From positions 382,492 to 446,491 of the forward strand of contig NW_027192208.1 in assembly GCF_041956535.1 (NCBI RefSeq): a stretch of 64,000 bases of DNA, written 5' to 3'. The stretch is from Calcarisporiella thermophila CBS 279.70 (Eukaryota > Fungi > Calcarisporiellomycota). Of the stretch, positions 36,865 through 47,637 are shown in pieces; position 1 is the stretch's first letter; the number at the start of each line of letters is the position of its first letter. Position numbers and translations under genes: made by a program. A model generated the notes under the pieces. The model ran no database searches. It was not told where the DNA came from and saw only the letters and a list, made by a program, of their open reading frames with translations.

Positions 36865-37691
36865 ATGAAGTTGTTTACTGTTATCAGTTTACCTACGATT
36901 CTCCTGATCGCCAAGGCAGTTACTGCTGGGATTCTTCCTGCCAACCTCGAATCCAATGATAACTTGGTAAGACGAAATATTGGTATAGGTGGAAAAAATA
37001 AAGTAGGTGGCAATCAACAAATTGCCGAGGTAAGTTGCTGTTTTCTTGAGTAATGAATAGCATACCCGTCCTAATCCTGCTTTTCAACTCTCTGTAGAAT
37101 AGCGTATCCAACTCGAAGAACACTGGTCCCGGAAGTGGGAATCTGAATCAAAATCATAATGGTAAACACAATCCTGCCTATCCACCGCCCTCTCCTTCCG
37201 TTTCATGCCGCACAATCCCCGATGCCTTTGGACCTGGATCGCCTGAGGTTCTTTGTTATCCTCCTACTCAGCCCCCTAATCCCTCACCTACTGCGTCGTG
37301 TACCACATACACTGACGCCTTTGGCCCTGGAAAAAATGAGGTATTGTGCTATCCTCCCACTCGGCCACCCTATCCTACAACCACCACTCCCTCACCTTCG
37401 GTTTCATGTACCACATACACCAACGCCTTTGGCTCCGGAAAGGATGAAGTATTATGCTATCCTCCTACTCAGTCACCCTATCCTACAACCACCCCTCCCT
37501 CACCTTCGGTCTCATGTACTACATACACCAACGCCTTTGGCCCTGGAAAGAATGAGGTATTGTGCTATCCCACTCCTCCGACAAACTCCCCTTCGGCGTC
37601 ATGCTCCACTTACTCCAATGTATTTGGCCCCGGATTGCACGAAGTCCTTTGTTTCCCTCCAACCACGACTCCTTCAGTAAAGCCATACTAA
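36865..37691 (+). CDS. Secreted Pro/Thr-rich protein with five C-x15-C repeats (2 exons)
   Basis: Signal peptide MKLFTVISLPTILLIAKAVTA, LVRR dibasic site, intron 37030-37097. Exon 2 encodes five units of SC(T)TYTNAFGPGKNEVLCYPP. Confidence 0.8.
37185..37670 (+). repeat. Coding tandem repeat, five units of about 90-110 nt
   Basis: Recurrent ...tcatgtaccacatacaccaacgcctttggccctggaaa.aatgaggtattgtgctatcc... with variable Pro/Thr linkers. Confidence 0.85.
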
Positions 37692-38395
37692 AATAGCATT
37701 TTCACATCAAAAGGAGTATTTTCATTTGCTCCATTTCCATACATCTCTTTTTATTTAAGATATTGCATTCAAATAGTTTTTGCTATTCTCGGATGGCATA
37801 TGACTTGAGTTTTAGCTAGCTCTTAATTGTACTTATTTTTTTTAATTTCAATCTGATGATCTTTTGTGCTTGCAGATAAAATATTACATCTTACGCTCAT
37901 CCAGTCCTATAAATACAAACGGAAATAGAAACAAGAAAAAATATAGAACCTACGACAAGCATCACCTCGTTTTACTAACGCACAGCATGACTATGGCTTT
38001 ATGGATTAATTAAGTTAAATCTCATTTGTTGAATGGGTTGAATCTTGAACAAATCCCTGCTGAATATTATCATTAGAACCCTAAGTTTGTAGTCATATTA
38101 ACATCTAATTGGGATAAATCACGCGTGCAAATTCATCGATGAGCATTTCCAATTATATGCTCTGAATTAGAGTGATGAACTTGAAAAAGGGGGGAAAGGG
38201 TCAAATGCCATAAATAATAGATATGATACAAGGAAAATGAGAACGCTAAACAAAGAAGATCAACGCTACTAATGCTAATACTAAAAATGCCAAAACTGCT
38301 TTGAATCTCTTCTCGATCCATAATTCAAAGATATTCCTGTCGGATATTATTGCATCAAAACTGATTAGCAAAGACTCCTAGTTTTAGTTTAATGG

Positions 38396-40886
38396 TTAAT
38401 TTAATAGTTTAATATACGAACCTGCATTAAGCTCTTGCTCCTGTAGAAAGCTTGATCCTTTCCACTTAAGATCCTCAGATTCCGTCGACTGTGCGCCCAT
38501 TAGATTCATATTTCCCTTTAGAGGCGATAAAAAATAGATCAATGGGTCGGGTGAAAAATTGGTCTCTGAGACACTGCTGATGCTATTTTCGTCTTCTCTA
38601 GACGTTTGGCCGTCATAGGTGGCACTATCCCAGCCAGCTGGGGTTTCGATAGGAGTCTGGTAATCCGGACAAGGGTCGAGATAAGGCTGCGTGGGTATTG
38701 CCGTTGTCAAAGGTAAAGGCATCTCAGTGATTAAATTAGAAGGCTGAGGGGGTTCGCAACTCGACATCAGCCCTCTATGAAATGAGAGGTGGCTAAATGC
38801 GTCTGTGGGAGAGTGCGAAAGCCCGAACGAAGCGGCCAAAATTTCATCCACATTACATTGCGTCTCCATTGAGGATACCGGAAAAGTGGAGGTAAGAATG
38901 GAATCCTGCATATTCAAGGGCTGTTGCTTCAGAGTTTGACTCTTTATCGGCTGCGCCTTCATTATTATATAGCGAGGAGAATCATTGGACAAATCTACAT
39001 TGGCCACAGAGTTAAAATATACACGCGGGATAATGATCTGAGCAGGTGGGATTTGGTTTGGTTTCTCATACAAGTTCCGTAATTGCTCATTCTCTGTACG
39101 AGCAACAATATCTTTGAGCGTGTCTATGAGGTTCGTGTCATGGTACACAATGCGATTGCCTTTAAGCAGCTGTAGAGTTTTTCGCAACTTCACCAGTGCT
39201 TCTCGATTTTGCTTCTCGGAACCGGATCCCGCTACATAGGAATATACACATGCACTTGTATTTAGCCCAAGTATGATAACGGAGTGCAAAGGAAGGCTAT
39301 TTTGGTTGTTGAGGATAAGCTCGGCTAAAGCCAGAATCGCGTCAGCGGCGTTTTCGCATTCCAAGAGGATGTCGTCCTCAATACCAAAATCATGGTCGTT
39401 AACCTTGGGGAAATGGGAGTGAATCACGAGGATATTGAGGTTGATCAACAACTCTGCCGCACCCATTGGATCAATATCGCCTGGGATCTCTCTCATAGTT
39501 TTGTGCAAATAGCTAGACATAAATTTCTCGAGTTCTTGCGGAGGACCTGGAACTAAGTCGGCATGCTCGGTTTTGGATATCGGTGGATAGAGGGAAGAGT
39601 GATTGCTGACGACCGGTACAGTATATTGCCAAATGTTCGTAAAAATCCGCGTCAAGTAGGCACAGTTATAAAACGAGCGAATCATTTGGCCATGCTCCGG
39701 AAATGAAAAGTAACAGGTACTACGATCAGCCAGGAATATCGCTGATTCATTTTCACTCTTGACAGGAAGCCTCACAGGTAGCAGGAGATCATCTAACACC
39801 CTCTTCCCGCGGTGAAAGAGTCCCCAGGAGGAAGTAATACGAATAGCCCACCATACATTATTCCGCAGTTCACGTTCGATAGGATCCACATGTGAATCAT
39901 CATAGTCATGGTCTGGTATCCGCAAGCATTTTGCCACTTCTATCGCTTTTTTCATTAGCAAAAGTCCCTTATTTGTATATCCTATGGCAATCATATGACC
40001 GGCTAGAATGAAAAGCCCCTGTAATCGGGTGAGCGAAACCTCGTCTGGTTGCTTTTCCAGCAGGGAAAATGCATAGTCAATGAAGAGTGAACCACGCTTG
40101 CCAGAGGAGGGACCATCATACTGGATACCGGATATATGTGCTGCATTACCGAAAAAGGCGGCATATAAAAAAGGATCCATCTGGCGCGTGCCATAGTTTT
40201 GGATCATCTGGCTGCGGCATATGACGGTGGGAAATCCAGCCCGTACAAACCATGCATTAATTAAGGCAATTGCTTGCTGGAAAGAGATGGATTTGAGAGG
40301 ATCCAAGTGATCAAAGAGCACTAGGGCAAGTTCAGACTTCTTCGGCTCATTCGCGGTAGAACGCGGAACAACTTTCGAAGGGCGATCAGCTACACTTAGT
40401 GAGCTCATCCTCTGGATAATTAAGCTGAGCATTTCAGATGTAGTGAAATAGGTGCCGGGTGACCGGGAGAAATGCAAATTTTCTGCCCATTTCCATAATA
40501 GAATTGGAGAATATGCTGGATACCATGAGCTAATCTGTCAATATAGGAAAGTTACCGAGATGCCAGCTTAAAGTTTTAAGAGTTCAGCTTACATCCATCC
40601 CGGAAAAGTATCGGTCAAAGTTCAAGACATGCAACGGAGCCAAGCTCCCACGCTTTTGCACCTGATTTTGGGTTACTTTGAATAGAATCTTTTCGTTCTG
40701 TTGCAAAAATAAGCTGCGTGGGCGGCCCCTGCGAGTGAGAGAATTTCCATACGTGCATTTTATGCCAACCAATCTGCATCGCGAGCATCCATCCAAGTCA
40801 CCATCACACTTTTGTTTTTTCAAGCGACATCCATGGCATGCCTGGCGGACACGCTGAATTTTCATGTGGGAGGGCGGTGGATCCAT
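38396..40886 (-). CDS. Zn(II)2Cys6 transcription factor with fungal-specific TF (middle homology) domain, 2 exons
   Basis: ACHGCRLKKQKCDGDLDGCSRCRLVGIKCTY; LQGLFILA...AKCLRI...ERELRNNVWW. Confidence 0.9.
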
Positions 40887-42471
40887 CGTCGTAGTAGGTA
40901 GTAAATGAGGAGAGCTATAGGCGGATATATATATGTATAAATATATATATATTACGACTTGTGATTAAAATATCATAAATAGCAGTAATAAAAGTAGCAG
41001 TGTATAACTAGCCAAAAATATGGCAATGTGGAACAAATGCGATATTTTTCTCAATACAACCCTAGTGGCAAAGATTCTCTTTAGGATTCCTGCGCCTCCG
41101 TTTTATAATTGAAACACCCTGGAAGTGTATGGCGCTCTACACTGTATTCAGAAGTTGACTGTATCCAGTCTAAAATCAACCGGTATCGAAACGCTCCAAA
41201 GCAAGCTCATCCACTTGCAAGAGGGGATGTATTCTTCGCACTCGCTGCCGCGTAGCCGTTTTCAGCAAAGGCGCAAGCTAAAGGCACGGATCAACCTAGT
41301 GATATACACGGCTAAAAATGGAAGGTTTCAGTCATGGAAACCAATTCGTCCCACCAAATCTGTTCGGACCCGAGCATATCCCCATTAATTGTTGCTCCTC
41401 ACTGATAAGCTGTTTAATTTAATTTGGTCTTTCCAGTGGCCACGGCTAAATGTTCATTAAAATCATCTCCATTGAAAACTATTCCATTTATGATACGTGC
41501 AATTTCTGGAAGCCGCAGCTATTCACCCTCTATTGACCTGTGTTCTTGTCTCTTTTCACTTATCTAATCAATTCATTACCAAGTGAAAAGCAGGAGTGAA
41601 CTATGGCAATGCATTTCAGGGCGGGCTCACAGTAGGAGGGAAGATTATTCAGCAATCCTCAGTTCTAACAAAATCGTGCAAATTTAATTCGTAGTCTCTC
41701 TGTGATTCTGCTTTTAAAAAAGAAATGCTTGTTGATAGATAGATAGATACTCGGGGCAATTTTAGGCACCCCTTACAACGAAGAATAATTTCCCTTTCCT
41801 ACAAAGAGCACACATTGGGAAAACACATAGAAAAATGTAGAAAACGCGGGGAATCTGAAATTTTTATGCTTTCCCCATGCATGCTCTTTAGTAAGATTGG
41901 CCATATAAATCGGTAGAAAGATAACTCTCTCAGTATCACACTTATCTATTTCTCCATTGATATTCCATTTTTCTATTCTCATTCATTCAAACAAGCAAAG
42001 GAATTTGCAACCAAAAAATTACAAACAATACTGTGGATATTGAACCATGTATTTAGAGTTATATAATAGGGAAGCAACGGTAGTGGAGAAAATAAACTAA
42101 AATGGTTTCACATGAATACAATGACGGAATTTTTCATGCTTTATATACATTTTCCTCTCTTCAACTTTCAACTCAACTCAATAGCCTGCTTTTCTCTACT
42201 GAAAATCCTTAGCGTGAGCATTTGAAGGGTGAAGAAAAAATTGGTTTAGTTTTATTACATATCATAGAGGGCAAGCAAAGGCAAGTAGAAGTAAAAAAAA
42301 TATGCAAAAATCATTAAAAAATACTTAAAAACAATAGAAAAAAAATCGTTCGAAACCAAAAAAAAACAAAAGGTATTTTCATTTAGGCAAAGAAAAAAAA
42401 GTAAATGCGTACACAGCATAGGCATACACTACATATAAAAAAGGAAGATGCATAATTCAAGTTGATCATAA

Positions 42472-43662
42472 TCAAGGGAAAACAGGAGTAGTAGACCAGA
42501 ATACACTTGACTCTATTCTAAGACCGTTTCCGGGTGGATTCCCCGCATCAGGTAGCTGTTCGCTCCCTCCAATAATCCACCCCAATCGTGCAGCAAAATT
42601 GTCCACGACTGTTTGAAAAGCGCCTCCACTACGTTGATTATGCTCCACGAAATTCCGTGCCCACTCGCTCACAATTTGTTGGCCATAGATTTTCCCCTCT
42701 CGCCCAGCCTTGTCTGCTGCATCTTCAACCGCACGCTGCCAGTACTCGGCGAGGCGAGAATAGGTATCCCGCTTGATTTGGTTATGTGCATCGTTGTCCC
42801 ATTCAGGCAGGCGGTGGGCAGTGGAGGTTGCCAGATGAAGATAGGCAAATTTGGTCGTAGGGAACTCTTGTGGCGATGTGAAATGGTCTGCATAATCCAT
42901 TATTGCTTCCTGTTTTTTCACCATATAATGTAGGTCAATAGATATTCACTTCAGCATGTAAAGCGCACAACTTACAATCAACTCCATCAAAGCCGACTTC
43001 ACTCTATTGAAACTATACTCGTCCCTGCCTGGGCCCCATTTCGTGTATGGGTAAGCTTCAGCAACACGCTTTTCCAAGTAAGCGAGGTGTGTAGTGACGC
43101 TCTGAAGTGTCGGGCGAGGGATATATTGAGGAATCTCTTGCTGGAGTTCAGGATGAGCATCCATTAGATTGTTGAGTAAGGAGAGAAGCTGTGGCTTATC
43201 GAGAGTTGCTACAGCAAAACAAGGATCAGATTGATGATCTTCACAGTAATTGTGGAAGGCAATCATATTTACCAAGTAGCTTGCTAACACTAAAGGTCCT
43301 CTCTCCCCCCATCTTTGTTCGCTTGATCGTATATGATTGCGGCTGTGGTGAATCTCTCTCTGAATATTTCGTTGACGAAGAGGACATGTTCACATCTTCA
43401 TCGTCAAAAGATTGTCTCCTTTTCCTCCCTATAAATCATGAAATCAATCAGTCTTTCAAATCAATCAAAATTACAGTATAGATAAAAAGAAATTACCACG
43501 ACTGGATTCTTGTGGCTTCAAGGGTGATGTCATCCTCAATTCATGTGTGGGTCTAACATGTTGAGTAGATGTAGCTGGTGGGCTATGGGGGTGAAAAAAT
43601 GCTTCACCAAAAGAGCGCATCGGTTTGGAAGGGAAACATGGTCCACGGTTGAGATCAGACAT
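42472..43662 (-). CDS. STS1: Cut8/Sts1 nuclear proteasome tether (3 exons)
   Basis: Basic NLS-like segments (GRKRRQS, IKRTK), LLATLDKPQLLSLLNNLMDAHPEL...IPRPTLQS, PY...RDEYSFNRVK, HRLPEWD, LGWI. Confidence 0.8.
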
Positions 43663-44061
43663 TTATGATCTGTTAGATAGATTGCAAAAGAATAAATAGA
43701 TAGATATGTTATATAAAGAAAAAAAAGATTTTTTTTAAAAAAAAAAAGATTAGCAAAGAGAAGAGTGTTTGCTCTAGTCACTATTTGATTCTCAGTCTTT
43801 ATCAACGTGGTTGACGAATTCAAAATTCACGTCATCCCAGGAAATCGTAATTATCTAATTTGGGCGGACTCTCAACACCAATTTAATAAAGATTTCAATA
43901 AAGGAGGCAAAAAAAAAGTTAAAATCGGATAAGTTCAGTGCTCGCGCTATTCAGTTTGCTAGTTATGAGAATTTTCAAATTTTAAACTAAAAAAAACTTG
44001 ATGTGTCGTCAAAATCCAACGAGATTATGTTAAATATATTCACATAGTATTTCATGTTTAT

Positions 44062-45677
44062 TTACAAATATATCTTTCTCAAATCGGTTGCAACCGTGAT
44101 TTTTTGGCATTGCGGACAAACCTTCTTCGCCACAAGCGATTGAAGCCAGCACTCTTCACAGTGCACATGCCAGCATACAATAGATACAAGGGGGTGTTTA
44201 TATGGGTCTAGGCATATCAAGCATTTCAATCGAGGCTGCTGCTCAAGATCTCGAAGACGTTGTCGTAAGGAAGCAACAAGCAGAGCTGACCCTGGAGCCG
44301 AGTCATCTGGGAGTTGCGCGCCATCGTTTGGAGGTGCCGAGTGATTGTGGTAGGTAGAAGGAGAAGGCTTAGATTCAAGAGGCCGCGATTCGTTCGAAGG
44401 AGGGTTTAAACTAGTTCAGGTTGAAGGTAAAAAGTTCAGAACATATTGCCGTCATCTTCTTCAAGCATTGTGCGCATTACCTAGTTTCAGAGGCAGCTCC
44501 TCCGCTCACCATTTCCCATAGAGCTGCGCTTTCTTCGTCTCCGCTTCTTCCGGCCGCACCCCGGACAAATAAATCTTTTTCGGTATACTGCGCTTGGCCG
44601 TACTCCTCTCCTTCGTCCTCGATATCTAAGTCATCGTCCACATCCGATTCCTGGGTATTCTTTTTCGAGGTGGAAGAGGATTGCTGTATACCGGCTGCAC
44701 GCAACCCGCCCTCCAACATAGTTGTGATGCGGACGCGAGTTTGGCCAGCCCACGTGTATTCTTCAAATGCTTCCTCATGGTCGCCCCTTTCATTGACAGG
44801 ATTTTCGGAGGGCGTTTGATGCCTGTCGATGTTTGTGCTTTCAGAGCCTCCAGTTCTCGCAAGGCACGCGTCAATATGTGAGTTGATATCGTCACTACTT
44901 CCATGAAGGAGTTCGCCACACATGAAACAAGTCTGAATTGCATTAGGGTCATAGATGCTGTAAGCTTCCTCAGAAGGGGGCCGATCATCCGCTATTCCAA
45001 AAAATCAGAGCAGGTTCTACACAATCTAACCGAAATAACTTACTGAAATCGTGGTTAGTTGTTAAGCGTGTACGTCGGTTTGTTCGATTTTTCCGCACAT
45101 GGTTTAACACCTTGTTATACCAAGAAGTTAGAATGATTCATTTCATTGATCGATTATGCAATCAACCCTACTTGTTCAGATGTAGACAACTCTTTCCTCC
45201 CTCCTGATATATTATTCCATGCCGCAACGGCTGCCGATCTTTTCCCTCTCGTCCTATGTACATGGCCAATTGAGAGTTCATGGAATAAATATCTTTTGAG
45301 GAGAGAATAAAATTTACTTGGCAGACAATGATGCCGCGGGGGTATCTAACTGCATTAGCTCCATTTGGTAATGGTGTGAAAGTAATGACTTCTCAATTTG
45401 TTCATGACAAAGAGGGCACTCAATCAATGGCGAGCGTTTGACTAATCAATGTAAGTGATTAGGCACTGTAAGAACATCAAAAAGAGCTAATGTGCCCGTG
45501 ATCTATGAAGCTCACCCCTTTTGCTAGGTCTAGTCTCCGATGCATTCCTGGATTTGGAATGGGGTATAATGAATCAGTAATGTCATAATTAGAAATCGCC
45601 ATTCCGAGATATTTCTCCACTATGTGACTGCATTTTCTAAAGATTTAATAAAAGGGAATTTACCGTGTGCTAGACAT
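44062..45677 (-). CDS. RNF220-like RING E3 ubiquitin ligase (multi-exon; start tentative)
   Basis: CPLCH...HYQMEL and CFMC...INSHIDACL zinc knuckles, FEEYTWAGQTRVRIT, YGQAQYTE, and a C-terminal RING CLICLDPYKHPLVSIVCWHVHCEECWLQSLVAKKVCPQC...DLRKIYL*. Confidence 0.8.
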
Positions 45678-46033
45678 CTTCTCAGGAAGACTATGCCCTC
45701 GTCGCTGAGAATATGAATAATGCGGAGGGACTGCAGAGGGAGGATGGATGTATATAGGTTAAATGTGAATTAAAAAATTTCCCTTTTGCGATTAAAAAAA
45801 ATCAGTATAAAAACGAGAAAATCAAAGAGACATATTGCTACAAATTTATTGGTACCCAAAAACTATGTTAATAGAAAGTTAGAGGATGGATGAATATATA
45901 TATAGATTATTATGTATATCAGGGTTATATATAATAATGGAGAGATTTTTGAGGGTTTTAAGGAGAAAGCTTGTGTGGCGCAGTATCCCCGCATCTTGCT
46001 CGTTCGAAATCATACATTAAACTCTTCCTTTTG

Positions 46034-47357
46034 TTAAATAATGTCGTGATGACCAAAGCCCGGAGGTGGAAACTCATCGTTGTCCGGCTCCCCGCTAAAG
46101 GATCCCATTCCTCCGCCCCTCCCTCTACCACGTCCAATTCCGCGACCTCTTCCTGCCCCGAAGGGCCCAATAGGATCGAATCTTGCCCCAGGAGGGACTG
46201 CGCCCCTATTTAATAGAAAAAGATATACTTAAGGCAGCTGCCCGGAAGGAATAATGAAATCTGCTTCTGTATACCTCGGAAGTGGCTGAGGCCCACCATA
46301 TATCCCAGCAGGGTCTCCCCGTGAACCGCCGCCAAAGATCGGATGGTTTGGTCCGACATACATCCCGCCTTCACCTCCACCAATCCCACCGATTCCTTCC
46401 CCAAAAGGCCCTATTCCTCCACCCCCGAAACGAGGTGGTCCATATATCGGGTTGGCGCCGAGGGGATCTAAATCAGCATCACCGATACGGAAGGGGTTTC
46501 GACCCAAAGGTTCATCGCCAGCGAGAGGTTCGCCATGAATAGGAGGACGATAGGGGCGGGGGGGTGGGGCACGCAGGGGATCCCTTTCGCTTTCTGGGGG
46601 CTGTCTTGAGCTGCTGCTTTCCCCCACATTACTTGTAGTGGTTTCCTCATATCCTTCTTTGTTGAGCCCTGGAAGTAATCGTTGCACTAATTGGAGTTTA
46701 ATTAGCGAGATCAAATCAAGCAGTCGGCTGCCTGAATTAAAGGCTTGCGCTAGAGTTTCATTCCGGGGATTGGGATATGGGAAGAAGGAGGTGGAAAGAA
46801 AATCAGAGTATTTAATTTCAAGGGTAGCGATTTTGGAATCCTAAAATGCAAATGGGCACTAAATTAAGCACGAGTTCGAGAAGAGAATTCGGTAATAAGT
46901 CGCTTATTCAATTCTGAAATAGTCACCTCAAGCGAAGTCCCGTGCACAACTACCTTGTCCCCCATCTTAATTGTCTTCACCAGAAAGGTCAGGCTACTTT
47001 GCGTGTGCTTGTAGCGTAGTGCATGCTCAGTGTTCCATCCTACAGGGAGATTCTGTACCTCACCCTCATTTTGCTCTAGATTCTCGAGTAGGTTAGTTTC
47101 AGACCATAAATCAACGTTATAAAGGAATGCCCACCAATTCTCCCATCCTCGCCTAATCCAATGAGACGGAAACCAAGGGCAGTAAATACGGCATGGATCA
47201 GTCCAGTGATAGCATCCTGAGGATTCCTTAGTTGTATATTTTCATTAGGCCCGCTTGAGGTGGATGCTGCAGAAGGTAGAGAGGAGTTGAAAATCAGGAG
47301 AACATGGGAAGGATCAAGCGGATCCTTTTTGGCTCTTGTAGTGGAAGATTCACTCAT
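46034..47357 (-). CDS. Proteasome inhibitor PI31 (PSMF1/Fub1-like)
   Basis: FP domain (LIHAVFTALGFRLIGLGE...LRYKHTQSSLTFLVK), IGDADLDP, GGMYVGPNHPIF, AVPPGARFDPIGP, EPDNDEFPPPG. Confidence 0.9.
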
Positions 47358-47637
47358 TTGGCTTTTACTATTGATCCACTGAAAATGTCGAATGGTGTGA
47401 AAAATGGTCGATTATATGAATGTGACTGCTGGTACCTAAACGCGTCAAATTGGGCTTACGCGTCGAAGCCCGACCTCTACCATAAGGAATGGTCAACCGA
47501 CGCTTCTTAGTACATAGACAAAAGTTTTCTCTTATGATTGCTGAAATTATCTCTTCAAAATAATAGAAAATAAAAAAAGCAAAGAAATAAAATATGGAAA
47601 TATAAAGGAAATTAAAAATTGATAATAACAACTGAGT

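Noticed and set aside
37185-37670. CRISPR-like or transposon-derived repeat array
   Set aside because: The repeats are in-frame coding units with synonymous variation in a eukaryotic secreted protein; there are no cas or transposase genes.
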